A DNA stretch of 64,000 nucleotides from Lytechinus pictus (lineage: Eukaryota). The DNA lies in assembly GCF_037042905.1 (NCBI RefSeq), contig NC_087246.1, positions 31,248,001-31,312,000 on the forward strand. The letters are read 5' to 3'. Positions 13,531 through 27,200 of the stretch are shown one piece after another. Both the position numbers and the translations under genes were made by a program. The notes beneath the pieces are model-generated. The model had not been told where the DNA came from, made no database searches, and saw nothing but the letters and a program-made list of their open reading frames with translations. Numbering within the stretch: the first letter of the stretch is position 1; each line of letters opens with the position of its first letter.

Positions 13531-14581
13531 GTTGGATTTATAAAGCGCTTTTTGCCAGAGGATACAAAGCGCTGCTATTATTACCCCGGCTTTAGCTTGA
13601 GCTACCATCACCGGCGCTCAGTGCATGCAGGGAATTACTCCTGCTGGGTACCCATTCACCTCACCTGGGTCGAGTGCAGCACAGTGTGGATAAATTTCTT
13701 GCTGAAGGTTGATATATCAACTGAACCACATCAATTTTAGAATGTACAGGTACATATAATGTAGAATGAAATAAAACGACACATTTGGGAAATTTATGAA
13801 AACTTGATATTGATAGCAGAACACTGACTGCATTATCATTTTTCCTCTTGGAGTACCAGTACTTTGATAATTGCATGAATTTTAAATAGAGCTCTGAACA
13901 GATTTGTACATTTTCCCAGACTCGGAATTGCAATGCCCGTCACACTTCAAACTATGCATTTCTTCATAGGTCTGAGAAATTGCAACTTCTGAATCATAGG
14001 CCGAAAACAACAGTAGAAATAATGGCAGTAAGTAGTTCTTTCCATAATTAACTAGATTCATATTATTTTCTCTACAGAAGTACTAAAATTATATTGGTTC
14101 CAATGTGCAAAAAGTATATACTGTATTAATGGGGGTAATTAGCTTTAATTTGTATTTGTTAATGAAAATTAGAAATTGAATTTGGTATTTGAATATCATA
14201 ATGCTGTATTTAAGACATCCAGTTTCATGAATGGTGATAGCAGAAATTGAATCGAGTGTCAACTCCAATTCACTTTACTTTCATTTTTCTGTGTGAATAT
14301 AATGCAGTGGTAATATTAAGGGGTTGGGATGGGAGGGATTATATGTATTTCTCACTAACTTTCACTGTAGACTTTTGAAGAGACTTGAAAGAAATATAAA
14401 AAAAAAAAAGAAGTCAAAATCAGTTATTGCATTATTTCTCTAGATGATAGAGGAATGTGAGGAACGATTGACAGAAGAGCAGATGGAATCCCTCATTCAA
14501 GTCATCACCTCCATATTACCAGGAGAGCAAGGGGAAGAAGAGGAGGAAGGAGAAGAAGAAATGGAAGGAGAAGAAGGATAA
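7682..14581 (+). CDS. CRCP: RNA polymerase III subunit RPC9 / CGRP receptor component, 144 aa
   Basis: Exons 7682-7689, 9401-9437, 10429-10527, 11496-11590, 13970-14027 and 14444-14581 (435 nt): MEVIKESAAMLSNFEVHALLKEL...QQNLATISYETIKYLEKTPC...[39 protein letters not shown]..., colinear with human CRCP. Confidence 0.95.
7908..8356. mobile_element. MITE with terminal inverted repeats
   Basis: CCCCTTTCATAAACCCA at left; TGGGTTTATGAA(TATGAA)AGGGG at right; TA-flanked. Confidence 0.55.
8443..8624. mobile_element. Hairpin MITE (PIF/Harbinger-like ends)
   Basis: Near-palindromic ~180 bp (GGCCGTTTCAT..AAGCTGTTC / GAACAGCTTTATG); close copy at ~48816-48990. Confidence 0.65.
8653..8960 (+). repeat. 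Interspersed repeat X (two partial units) in CRCP intron 1
   Basis: TAGCCAGGAGGCT...AAAATCATTTACTAACGTATGCTTACTCTCC...CCGCCAAAAAACCTGAAACTTTCGCCCCC shared with 27677-33040 and 62593-62900. Confidence 0.7.
11615..12228. mobile_element. Kolobok-like MITE family C
   Basis: Ends CCCT|TTAA; internal inverted repeat ATGAATATTCATTAGGTGGGCTGATGAT; related copies at ~21792-22272 and ~50830-51426. Confidence 0.65.
12663..13256. mobile_element. Kolobok-like MITE family B
   Basis: TTAA|AGGACAAGTCAACCCCA ... TGGGGTGGACTTGACCT|TTAT; long imperfect internal inverted repeats. Confidence 0.7.
13495..13710 (-). mobile_element. SINE 3' fragment with (TAT)n tail
   Basis: (ATA)n then TTTATAAAGCGC; CCCATTCACCTCACCTGGGT.GAGTGCAGCAC shared with ~6345-6376; similar AGCGCTTTATAAA+(TAT)n tail at ~40840-41080. 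Confidence 0.55.
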
Positions 14582-14858
14582 ATCATTGCTTTCATCTATT
14601 GTGGAAAAGCTATCATTCAAGAGACAACAGAAAGATGATAAAAGGATGGAAGAACTTGAAAGAATTTGAAAATTCACCCAGCCAGCCATCTTTGATATCT
14701 TGAAGAACAAGTTAAATTGGGTAATTTTGAGTTGGTAAAGAAAGGAATGGAGAATGAATGAATAAAGAGGGTAGCTGTTGAGCCAGTGGGCTGCGTGCAC
14801 CAAGCAGCTGCTTTAGCTGCTTGTTATTGGGTAATCGCTGTACAAGGGTCCCTGTGAG

Positions 14859-15253
14859 GGTTTATTTCCAATTCGTCTAATGCCAATTCATCCAATTGCC
14901 AACTCGTCTACTATCATTTGGTCTACCATCAGTTCGTCTACTCACCACATGGTGTACTTTTATTTAGTCTAATTCCATTCTGTCTAATAACCAGTTTGTC
15001 CAATGGCCAATTAGTCCATATACCATTTGGTCTAATTGGACTAAGTGTTGCAAAATGAATGAAAATAAAATGGATATCAGACCAACTGGTTATGAGACGA
15101 AATGGTCATAGGCAAAATGGTGATTAGATGAAGTGATGATTGGACCAAATGGTTGTTAGACGAAATGTTGATGGATGGAATGGCATTAGACTAAATGAAA
15201 GTAGACCATGTGGTGAATGGACGAGTTGGCAGTAGACGAATTGGCAATTTACC
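14859..15253. mobile_element. GG-terminated MITE with 8(-9)-bp TSD (Merlin/Mutator-like), downstream of CRCP stop
   Basis: TIRs GGTTTATTTCCAATTCGTCTA / TAGACGAATTGGCAATTTACC; TSD CCTGTGAG on both sides; internal ~20-bp GTCTA/TAGAC repeats. Confidence 0.75.
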
Positions 15254-16439
15254 CCTGTGAGGGGTTATGCATTCTGTCACAGGGTTTGATAGAAAAAGTG
15301 AAAGAAAATCAGAACCTGAGGCAATGATAGATGGAATTGCATTATGTCACATGATGTAGATTTGACAAATCTGTGATTATGATCCTAGTATGGGGTATAT
15401 AAAATGTTTTATCTTTGGAAAGTTTAGGTTGTACTGTTACGCTTGACTTTTGGCATGCCAAATGGGCGTCTCAATCAATACGCATTAGTAAAAAAAAAGT
15501 GCTTAATGCATCAGAATGATGTCTCTAAGCACATTTACATCAGTTGAATAACCAGGTAGATATGTTTATTCAAGTTAATAAAATAAATAAAATTATTTGT
15601 ACATTATGAAAACATATTTTGCACTTCATATTCCAATCGCTGATAAAATGGCACATAACGTTTAGCATTATGAAATACCCCATGGTTTCATTAGAATGTA
15701 CACTGTATAATGCTTTTGTGGGAAATAAGGTAGATCTTGCAGATTGGATCCATTAATGTGATAAAATTTGCAACACATGGTCATAATAAGACGCCTATTA
15801 TCAAAACAAAATCACAAGTCAATTACCTGAAAGAGTAAGATCATTGTAGCCAGGGGCAGACCCAAGATTTTCCAAAGGGGGAGGATAGGCACATTTTCCC
15901 TAGGAAAATTTGACAGGCTTATAAAAAAGATCCTGATTTGTGTATGAACGACATATTCCCATTAAAAATATTTTCTGTGACTCTTGAAAAGGGGGAGGGG
16001 GGCACACTTGTTTATGAACGACATATCTACATTAAAAATATTGACTTTGACTCTCAAAGGGGGGGGGGGGGCACGGGCCGGATGTGCCCCCCTCCCCCCA
16101 TGGATCTACCACCAATTGTAGCTCAGTATTGGTGAATGTCAATTTCCTGGACCTGTAACACAAAGCTTAGTGATTGATCATGCCGTTGACACATAGTGAT
16201 GAATATGATCAATCATAAAACCAGCCCTATGATCACATTCTAAGCTTTGAGTTACGGAGCCCTGGGGAGTGTTTCATCAACATTTTTGTCCGACATGTTG
16301 TTGGATCTGACAACTTTCCTTGATTTTGATTGGTTGAGAAGCAGTGTTACTATGGTAACTATTGGATATTAAGGGACTTGTTGGATGAATGGTCAGACAA
16401 GTCCTTTCATGAAACGCTCCTCAGGTCGTTAAATACATA

Positions 16440-16975
16440 CCCGGGGGGGCCACTTACATTGACGAGTGGATACCATGCGCGACCAAAAAACACGTAAAAA
16501 GGATGTCTTTTTCACGATAAGGCACGTGTCAAAAACACAAAAATAATGAAAAAAGGGTATCTATTTCGCTAGGAAAGTTACGTGTTTAGGGTCAAATTTG
16601 CGGGGATGATAAAACAAAATTAAAATGTTTTGTAAAGGATGTCCTTTTTGCCCCAACACTACGTGTTTAGAGTCCGATTTGCGCGAGGTGTAGAAGGTGG
16701 GGTCGTACTAAACCAAATGATGTGTATAAAGGTAAAACTGACGATCGAAGGACCCGTGACATAACAATAGAATATACTTGTTTAGGGGTTCATTTCAGGG
16801 AATACTTGCCAAGAGTATCGTTTTGTTTCCAATACTTGTTAAGGGTAGGATTTCACACGCTAATACTTGTTAAGGGGTGCATTTTCAGAATATAGAAATT
16901 ACGTGTTTAGGGTGCTTTTCGAGACCCCATGGTCGCGCATGGTATCCACTCGTCAATGGAAGTGGCCCCCCCGGG
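16440..16975. mobile_element. CCC-terminated non-autonomous DNA transposon (EnSpm/CACTA-like)
   Basis: ~46-bp TIR CCCGGGGGG(G)CCACTT.CATTGACGAGTGGATACCATGCGCGACCA; flanked by ATACATA on both sides; repeated internal ACGTGTTTAG. Confidence 0.75.
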
Positions 16976-17677
16976 ATACATACATGTAGCGAGTTAGCGT
17001 GACCATTGAAAATTTCATGATGTGGGATCAGCAATATAATTAGAATAATGTCATTGATGAATTCCAAGTTAATCATTTTGGAAAATCATTTATAGTTTGG
17101 TCATGGTTGTCACGAGATTTTAGTACATATGAGTTACATTATTAAAGAGCAGAAGTGGAAACCACACAGGAGTCACAAACTAAAATGAGTACAAAACAAA
17201 TGAAGGAAATAATTACAAGACTGGCAGTGTAATGAAAATATGAATATCATGGCTACTAACAGAATATCCAGAGTCAACCCCGCCTTGGAATTGCCAAAAT
17301 AGTCTGAAATTGGACCAGATTTAGGGTTATGGCGTGGCAACATTACTGCTTTGGAACCTTGGTAAGATAATTTTCTGCTTATGCAAATTGTGCAGAACAT
17401 TGTTCAGCATTGTTATCCCCTTTAGACGAAGAATATTATCAGTACAAGCTTTATTACCAGTAAACATGATTTTTGTTTTAAATTGTTGAATTATGAATAT
17501 TTAAGCTCTGGAGGACTTGGAATAAATTCTATCATATATTTTTTTTTAGTATGGAAGCATGTTTGTTGGTTTCAGTTGTCTGGATTGTTTGACTGAGAAG
17601 GGTAATACAATGTTACACCCTAGATTTCCCCTAATCCTTGTTGAATCATACCATCACCGCCCCCTTATCCTTCCTTA

Positions 17678-17820
17678 TACCTCAGTCACATTTGCCCTAT
17701 GGCAGCCATACTGCTAGTCGAAAACGGCCGTTTTAACATATAGCTACATATAGGGGGTTTGAATAAAAATGAATAAAACGGCCGTTTTCGACTCGCCGTA
17801 GAGCAAATGTGACTGAGGTA
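17678..17820. mobile_element. Small hairpin MITE
   Basis: TACCTCAGTCACATTTGC / GCAAATGTGACTGAGGTA plus inner inverted repeat GTCGAAAACGGCCGTTTT. Confidence 0.6.
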
Positions 17821-19469
17821 TAAATCTCCCAAGCAAAGCTTCTTCACTCCTTCCCCCAACCTTTCTGTACCTATCTCTCCCTCATGTTTACTCCACCATC
17901 TTTCCTACCCTCCGATCCCCCACCCTTCATTTACTCTTTCCCCGAACCCTTCCATTCAAATCTATCTCTACTCCCATCATCAATAAGGCTAAGCTCTCCA
18001 ATTCCTCACACATCTTACACCCATCCTCCACTCCCTTCCCGGTAGGAAGAAATTTCTTGAATGCTCGAGCGCCCGATCAAGGTAGCCGTGCTAAAGCCGG
18101 GCTAATAATAACATCATGTTAAGCAGGGCCCGTTGTAGAGCAGTTTTAAGAACTGAAGTGCCATCCCTGGGTAAAATATGACATTATTTTTACTTCATTT
18201 CTATCTTCATTCACTATTTCCCCCAACCATCACCTAGGCTATCATCTATACAACCCCGCACCAACATGTTTTTCTAGATTTGAACTGTACATTGCCCATT
18301 AATTACTGAAAGTGGGGTGATGGGTTCACCATCGGAAAACTAGGAAAATATGTTGCTGAGGTTTGCCACATTTCTGAACAAGACTGAAATTTCGATCGAT
18401 CTCTTATAACTTTCCTTCAGGAAAGACGACTTAAAAACAACAAATACTCAAACATGTCAAATATATTTTACTTCCACATTTTCTTTTTCATCAATGTACA
18501 ATAATAAAATACTTTGATACATTTTCAGGTTTGAAATGTCACATACGCAGGATAAAAATCAAATTAACACACATAATATTGCTGCAACAATCCAATAACA
18601 AATCGTCATATTCAGCTCACAAAACTGCAACGGTACATGCAACTTCAGACCATTCCCATAGCACGTTATCAGTGCTGTTGCATATAAATATTATTCTATT
18701 ACACATAGAAGACGAGTGTTCTTTATAAATGATTGTTTATCACCATTTGAAAAGAATCAAGCTCATTAAATCATTTCATGTATATTTCTTAGGTAAAGAT
18801 ATATTGTATCATTGAGGAATACCTGCAGCAAGATAATACATTTACTCATAAATGATTCCCCTAAACCTAAAAACATGAAATAATGATAGTGTGAGATTTT
18901 AAATGGCAAGTTGCAACATCCCAATCGGGCAAACTTTGGATTCTACAGATTCAAATTTTCACATTTATGCATTATGTTCGACTCAAAAACGTGATTTGAA
19001 TAAAAAGCATACAAATCAAACCCAAAACAAGAAAGTTCATCGAAAATTGGACGTAAAAGAGGGAAATTATGAGAATAATGTTGGAGTTTTGCTTAATGTC
19101 ACACAACAGTTAAATGCAGACGGGGATGTCAAGGATGTCACACTTTCACTATTTCTTTTCGTTTTAATGTTTTGAAATACAAATTGTTTTCACCCTTTTG
19201 TAATAATGTAATGTAAACAAGTGGAACGCATCCGACAGTTTCGCCTGCATTACCTGACGCAATATAGCAGCAGCGCCGACTTTGAAAACAACTAAGATGA
19301 ATAATTTTTTTTACAAAAAACATAAATTTGATAATCACATACTAAGTTCATTGACCTCAAATGACCTTCACCTAGTGACCTGGAATTTCATTTACCAATT
19401 TGATATGTAAGTTTTATGCGATAAGGACTTTATACTTTCAATATCGTCTTGAAAATCCAAATTCATCAG

Positions 19470-20386
19470 GGGCCCGTTGCATAAAACCTTTTACCTGAGA
19501 AAACTCTGGTTGTTTTTACCCTGTGTTAACCCTAATTCTCCCGGGGGGGGGGGGGGCCATAATGGCCCCCCCCTTGACAATTTTCGCGATATATCTGCTG
19601 CGCAAATTTTGTTGACCTCGCCGCTCGCTGACTTTTTACTTTCAAGTCTCGCGCAAATTTCGAGACCAAATTTGTGACGCCCGGGTACACGGTTGCGACA
19701 TTACGCAACATTATGTAAGTGCATGTCAGACCCAAAATTGCTCATAAACGTGATTTCATGTACAAATCCAATGCAAATTGTGTATTTAGCCAAAATTCAT
19801 AAATGTATCATTATTTCTACTTTTACTGATTAAACTGAATTAATTTTGCCTTGTTTATGGTCAGAACTAAGTCTGGAATGATTTCCATTGAAAAAACAAT
19901 AAAAAACAAAAAGTAAAAAAACAAAGAAATACATAAGAAATTCGTAAAACAATAAAATACATAAGAAATTTATTTCCGAACCGAAGTTTTTTTAATTGCG
20001 ATTGTTAAGATTGCTACAAAGAATTTTTTTACCAAAAATTAGCATTCTAGGAGCTTTATTTAGTGAATTATAGCAAAAAGTATGATTTATGCATAAATTA
20101 GCATAATTAATTCATATAAAATAAAATATCATTATTTTGGAAAATTTTACCATACAGCCTTGTAGATTACATCGCACACTACCAGTGTGCAAATGTTTGC
20201 GTCGCTCGCGCAATCGGCGGCCGAGATCTTAAGGGGGGGCCATAATGGCCCCCCCCCCCCGGGATTGACAAGAATCAAAATACCCCGGGAGATTGAGGGT
20301 TAAAGTCAATGGCAAAAATCAGACTAACCTTAGTTTTCAGTGTTTACCAGAGATTTCTCAGGTAAAAAGTTTCATGCAACGGGCCC
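19470..20386. mobile_element. Harbinger-like MITE interrupted by a piggyBac-like MITE
   Basis: ~33-bp TIR GGGCCCGTTGCAT.AAAC.TTTTACCTGAGAAA at both ends. Confidence 0.7.
19530..20299. mobile_element. piggyBac-like MITE
   Basis: TTAA|CCCT..TCTCCCGGGG ... CCCCGGGAGA..AGGG|TTAA; subterminal palindromes GGGGGCCATAATGGCCCCC at both ends. Confidence 0.8.
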
Positions 20387-21251
20387 AAGGTTGGTTAAGA
20401 TTTTGATATTGATATCACAACATAGTCAAAGTTTTTTTTTTTGCATAAATTACATTTGACCTTTATCATGTGACATGATACTTTTCCAAGATAATCAGTG
20501 ATATTTGATTATTCATTAGTGTAAGTTTCATAAAATAGATCCGCATGCTTTCAAATACTTTCAGAGTTATGACACTTCAAAATGTCAACCTTGATTAAGA
20601 TTTTCACCATTGACTTTGCCACCGCTGCCTACGTCTTGCTCAACTTACGTTTCAATGAATTCTCAATTCACAATTTTTATTTTATTTTTTAGTTTCATTG
20701 AAGAAAACACAAATATAGAGAGTGTGCATCATCTTTGCTCCTATCAATAGTCACTAGTGCACTGCACATAACTATTGTGTGACATAAGATAAAACTTTAA
20801 CACGTTATTACTTCCCCATTTTCACTTGATTTTGATGGCATTTCAGTGTCATGCTGATTTCAATTTTCTCTGACTGCTTATTCAAAATGGCATGCTGTTG
20901 GGGTGGACGTAACTTTTATTTCTTAATTAGTGTGAATGCAAGCAGCTAGAGGTAGTAAAAGCAGAACACAGGATAACTGAATTCATGGTTACATTTTTAT
21001 GTTCATAATTCTAACAATATGAGCATCTAATAATTACTGATAACATTCCTTTGGTAAAACTTACAAACTTTACTTCCAATGGCTTGTCAGTTTTAAAACA
21101 AAGACAAATTTCAGAGTTCAATTGGTTCCACCATTAATAACTTATACAGTGAAAAGAATACGTCATATCATTTGATGTTGTGTGTAATAGCTGCAGTGGA
21201 CAGAGGCCGACATCTGAGAAAGTATAAGGCAAATCATGCTCAGAATCGCTG

Positions 21252-24200
21252 TTATGCCAAACCTACGGTGGGGAGAAAGGAAAGACATGATTAAAAAGTT
21301 TCAAGAGAGTTAAAGGTAAAAGACAATAGTTGCAGAAAACAATCATTTCATGAGAAAGTCTTTAAAATCAAGGTTAATTGTCACAATATTATATCTTGAT
21401 CTGGTACATTGAAATAAACTTTTCTTTGTGAAATCATGAAATTTTAGCTGAAAAACAATAATTCTGATGATCACTAACACAGGAAAGCATATGTCGGACA
21501 GTGTATTAATATTGCTCGGAAAAATACCCAAAATTTGATGGAATTCCGTCCTTATTTTGCTCATTTCTCTGCAATTATGCATTTTTCTTCCAGAGCCACT
21601 TGGCACATATTTTTTATTCATACATACAAACACTTGGGTGGTAATTTTATTGGATTCTTTTAAAACTCATTTTGAGATCGTTACCAAAACTGGTATTTAT
21701 CTTTAAGTCAAAATCTGATAAATCATCAGACCAGTTCCCAAACGATCTCTAATATTATATTCTTTATACTATACCAATACTAGCTATTTCAATGGATGGG
21801 CCAGGCTGGAGATATTTATGTCTAAATGAATAAAGTAAGATTCACAGAGCGAAATGCTGAAAATTTCATCAAAATTGGATAACAAAGTTATTGAATTTTA
21901 AAGTTTATCAATATTTTGTGAAAAACAGTTATATGCACATCGTTAGGAATATTCATTAGGTGGGCTGATGATGTTATATCCCCACTTTCCTTTTTCTTAG
22001 GTTACTAGTATAACATGAAATTATACATGTTTCATTTTTTCATACATGTGTAAATGATGTGTCTCCATTAAGATGAAATAAGTTGCGGTAATAAATAACT
22101 AATGCATTTGTTCACTCAATCCAATTGTTTTAGTTCTTGGTAGAAAAATTTTGAATAAACCTAATTTCATATAATAAAATACAAAAGAACAAGTGGGGAT
22201 ATGACATCATCAGCCCACCTAATGAATATTCATGAAGAAATGCCTAGAACTGCTTCACCGGAATAATGCAAAATAGCCCCACTTGTGTTGATGGGGACAT
22301 TGTTTCTTGAATCTTAAGATTGACCTTGAAGCAAAAACGGGCTAAAATCTTGAGGTTGAGCAAACCCAAGCTCATGGCGAACTGCCTTTAAGGGGGCCTA
22401 CCATTGACAAATCATTTAGAAATTGAATCAGTACGAAAAGGCCAATTGACTTGCATAATATAATCAGTCCGTTATGAGAGCCTGTCAGACTAATGCGATA
22501 AAAGTTCAGACAGCACAAATTTGACCAAACTCGTTATCATTATTTACTTCGGGTTGTCGCAGTTTTCAACAATTCCAATTCCTAGACTCTTGGTGAAAAC
22601 ATGCAGTTTACTACTGGTTGGTTAGTCTACTAGCTATCACTCTCCTATTAAGACCTCCCAGACATGCCGGCGTCCATTACATAACACCCCCAGGCAGTCT
22701 GGAAGCAGGCCTTGTAGTTACTCTTCCATATCATTAGCTATTTTCTCGTCGAGCAAAATTTGAAACAGGGCAATAAATCATGGCACTTGGAACAGACTCT
22801 CCTTATAGTGAAAGTAAGCCAAGTGGAAGACTTGAATCCCTTCTCTGTTCTGAGATAGGCCTTAATTTCTCCATGATTTGTCAATGGTAGGCCGCTTTAA
22901 TACATGATACCTATAGAAAGTAATTCCCCAACCAACAGATGCTAACCCTGTCGACGAGAAGAAACCTAGCTATGGTGTGACACATTTTTCTTGAGAAATA
23001 AAACCATGATCATTCTTACCGTTCGCTCTCTTGCAATCTTTGAGAACCATGTTGAAAGCATCGCACAAACTGAGGTCACTCTGGGTATCGGCACACTGCA
23101 TGAATCTCTGTAGCTCATACTGGCAAGGATTCTGTTGCTGTTGCTGTTGTGGCTGTTCTTGGTAGGTGACATCTGGTTGGCTACTTCCACCACCAGTCAT
23201 GGCATGTCCAACAGCATGCCCCTGCGATAGTGAAAAACCATTGAGAATGGATTAATTTATTGGATTGGATTCGGGGGGAGAAGGGTACTTAGATTTGGAC
23301 GGGGGTGTGTGGCTGAAGGTTCAAAACCCATACCCATATTTACGGGTCATTTTGGCTAGAAAGGTACCCATTATTATCGATCTATTAATATTTGACAAGC
23401 AAAAAAAAAAAAAAAAGGTTATCACCCAAAACTGGAGGATTTCTTCCAAAAAAGCGACCCATTCCACCAGCACATCCCTGTGTGCCCCCCCCCCCCCCGG
23501 ATTGGATCAAAGACTTGTCACTTGACTGGGTAGCACTTTATGAAACAAAGTCAGTGATTTACAGTAAAAGCTATTGAAATCCTTACATCTGATTGGCTTA
23601 GAACAAATTAGTAACTAAAATTCACAGGCTATTTTCTTCATGAAAACCACCCCATGACAGCTGGTAATTACATGACTGAGAAACATTCTTAAAGAGTTCC
23701 AAATTCTAATTATCTAAAACCTATTAAAAGCAGAGCTGCAGTGGTGTTAGTAATATAGAACTTGTTTATTAAAGTGCATAGGTGTGTGTGTAGAACTTTT
23801 GCATGGATATGAGGGCCTGTAAGCATCCACAAATAGTTTGTGTTTAGGAAAGGATATGCATGGCGCAGCCCTAGTTTGGAGAGTGCGAGCGTCGATCTAG
23901 TTGTTGCTTGGATTCATATTTTCACCTTTCACAAGAAATCACTTTTTTTTTTTAAATTCTAACAAAAATGCTACAAAGCCAATGGCTAGAATAAAATGGT
24001 CAATACATGTACATTATTCTATCATGAAAGTTAGTATGTGATGAAAAAAAAATATGGAGAAGATTACAACTTAAATTCAACTCAAATTTAATACATTCTT
24101 TTGGATCACTGATATTCTGAAGTTTTTCAAAAATGTGCAAAACATATTTTACTATATTCAACAACGAGCGATTGTTGCAGGGGTCATTGCCAGATGGTTC

Positions 24201-27200
24201 CATGACATTTTCTCCAGCGACAATTGCTCCGATGTAAAATCTGCACGTTAAGCCAAACACAAAATCCAACCTCCATAGCTAAATAAACCCTTATCATTAT
24301 CTTAACATGATTCTGAGCCAAAAACTCCTAACTCTAATCCTATGCCCTCAGAGATATCAAGACCGGAGCAAATGTCACGGAGCAATTGTCATGTCACCTG
24401 TCGGGTACGCAGTGTGCTCACTTACCACTGCGGATCCAATGGCTACACCACCAGCGGTCGCTGCCATCTGACCCAGGAGACCAGGCTGACGTGGTTGGCC
24501 CATGGCCGAGGCTGGCTGCTGGGATGGCATGGGTGCTCTCTGTGGAACAGGGGCAGGGGCCATCGTTCTGGGTGGTGAAGACCTGTATGAGTATGGACAT
24601 GAAGAATACAAATATTCGAGACTGCAGTTTTCATAGAGTGGCATAGTAGATGATAAAGATTAGAACACTAGAAATTGTGGCTGATTCAGTTTGTCCATGT
24701 GTGGCATATAAGATAAGGTGCCTCCAGTGCTTCTTGTCCTGCTGTGCTTACACGTATCTGTGTGATTTTAATCAGAGAAGACATGCAACGACCACAAACT
24801 TTACACCTGCAATAAACAGACATAAACTGACTCAAAAGTTTTTTTTTCCCAAGAAAATCATTTATTTCTGTCAAATTTTTATGAGATTTTTGGCACACTT
24901 ACTCATTACAATACATTATCAACTGAAAATTTTTAAATAATATAAAAAGAAAAATTTATGTTTGATCTTAGTTTAATTTTTAGGTGTGTAGACATGCCCC
25001 TTCCCCCTCCTTCATAGACTGGATCGTCTAGAGTAACTGGCTAATCCAAAGTACAACTGAATTTGCTGTGGGCCCCCTAACAGGCCATTAGGCCTATATT
25101 GTGATATCCAAAGGCAAAGACACATCTCAACAAAGTCCAACAAATTAACCATGGAAACATCTGGGATCAAATGTCAAATCAAATGTGTAAATCCTAAGAA
25201 AATAGATGGTTATTCCTGTCTAATTTACACCATTTGGTGATCTCTCCGTCTTTGGAAGGGCGCTTGTATTTAAGAGATTGAAAAAGCTGAATTTGCCAAC
25301 TGTTGTTTAATTGACAAGCTAGGGGTGACATAATGTATATACATATAGAGAGTCATAGAAATCTGAGCCTTGATTATAAATAATTATTATAATAATTACG
25401 TATCAAGTTTCAAATTTAATGAATTGTTGAATAATAACTTTTATCTATAAATTGTTCTTCAAAACGGCATTTTGTAACATCGCTTAATATCGAAGCTGCG
25501 TCATAACAAAGCGGTTCATGGGTCAAGCCTATTGTATTTGTGATCAAGGAATCTACACAAGATCGGTCTGGTAATAAATGAATCAGCCTACAGTCTTGGG
25601 TCCAATTTACGTCTCTGTAAACAACTCATTCATGAAGAATTCTTTGAGACAGACACGCATGTGGTGGCTTTTACTTATTAAAAAATTTCACCCATTGCCT
25701 ACACCATGCCCCGACCCCCACCTGTGGTACTGCCCACAATGTTAAAAATATTTTGCAAAAATATTTTTCATTTGAAGTACCTTTCAAAATTACAATTTTT
25801 TATCGTTTGAACCTATAACTGGGTCTATTCTAGGAGACTAGTCGACATCTGGTATTGGGTGATGGCGAGTGTTGGAATGTTATTTTGATTGTGTGAGTGG
25901 GGGAGGTGCAGGGGCTAAAAGAGATTGCATTGTTTTGCCACATGAAAGAATTCTGGCTCCCACCGCTATCTCTCTCTCTCTCTCACACACGCACACACAG
26001 ATGGGGAGGGGTCAATTTTTTTCTGGAGTCACGACCTTAATGGGAACGCAAGTGGCTTCTTCTTTGTCTCCCAAAAGTTTCATTGGCCATCGAATGTCCA
26101 ATCACATATCGACTCAAGTCAGCTCGTTGTGTGTGTACTTTCTGTTTTATGCACACAGACGTGCAACCATAGACTTATATACGCCTACATTTATGCATAC
26201 AACATACATTGTGTATCGAGGGCAGGCATGCTAGGCCGGGTGGGATTAAAATTTTCGGACCACTTTCAGGTTGGTGTTTAACTGTGAATGTGATACAAAC
26301 ATTGTTCATTTTTGACAAATTCTATCTGTAACATTTTCAAACCTGTATCAAGTATTTAAAAACAATTGTTATCTTGTCATTTTGTTACTATAACTTGAGT
26401 ACCGGTATTCGAGTTATCCCAAGTGTCTAATCGGGATCTGCCGAACATTCGATTAGTGTAAATTTTGCTAATCGATTAGCGATCGGCGGCAAGCCATTCG
26501 AACCATTCGATCAATCGATGTTTACTCCCAGGCCTACCCTCCACTAATTTTTTTAAATACTGTAAACGCTGTTATTTTCGCGGGATTAATTTTTCGCGCT
26601 TGGCGGCTTCAAAACATATTTACGGGTTCTTGAATTCGCACTGCACTCCATAATCACATAGTCACTTCCTTTTTGCCCATCTGTGAATGGTTTTAATTAA
26701 CATTTCATCAACGAAATTGTATTTCTGATCATAATTCTAGCTGTAAAGCGGCATAATTCAACATTGTTTTGATCCAATCATGAGCTTTTGTGACATTTAG
26801 CGCAACTTTTCTTTGCGGGGTGGACATCGGGGAAGGCAAAACGGAGGCGCTGCTAGCTGCTGGCCTGGTATGGACGGCTGAGCACCGGGTAAGGACCAGG
26901 GGGATTACGGCTATTCAAAGTGCATGGGATCAATCAACAAACATGGGCGATCGACCCAACATCTTCTTAAAAACTAAACAGATCTAAACACTCACCAATC
27001 AAACAGCATGTAAATAAGCAATTTATATTTCAACCAAAATCATAATTTAAATACCGATCTGCGACTGTTAAAAAATGATCGCATTGCTTTTGAACAAATT
27101 CTTGCGATGCATATGATTTTGGAGCTCAAGTTTGCTTGCTTAAATGCCGCCCTCTAGAGGTCAAATAATGCAATCTCTTTGCCAAAACGATACACGCAAT

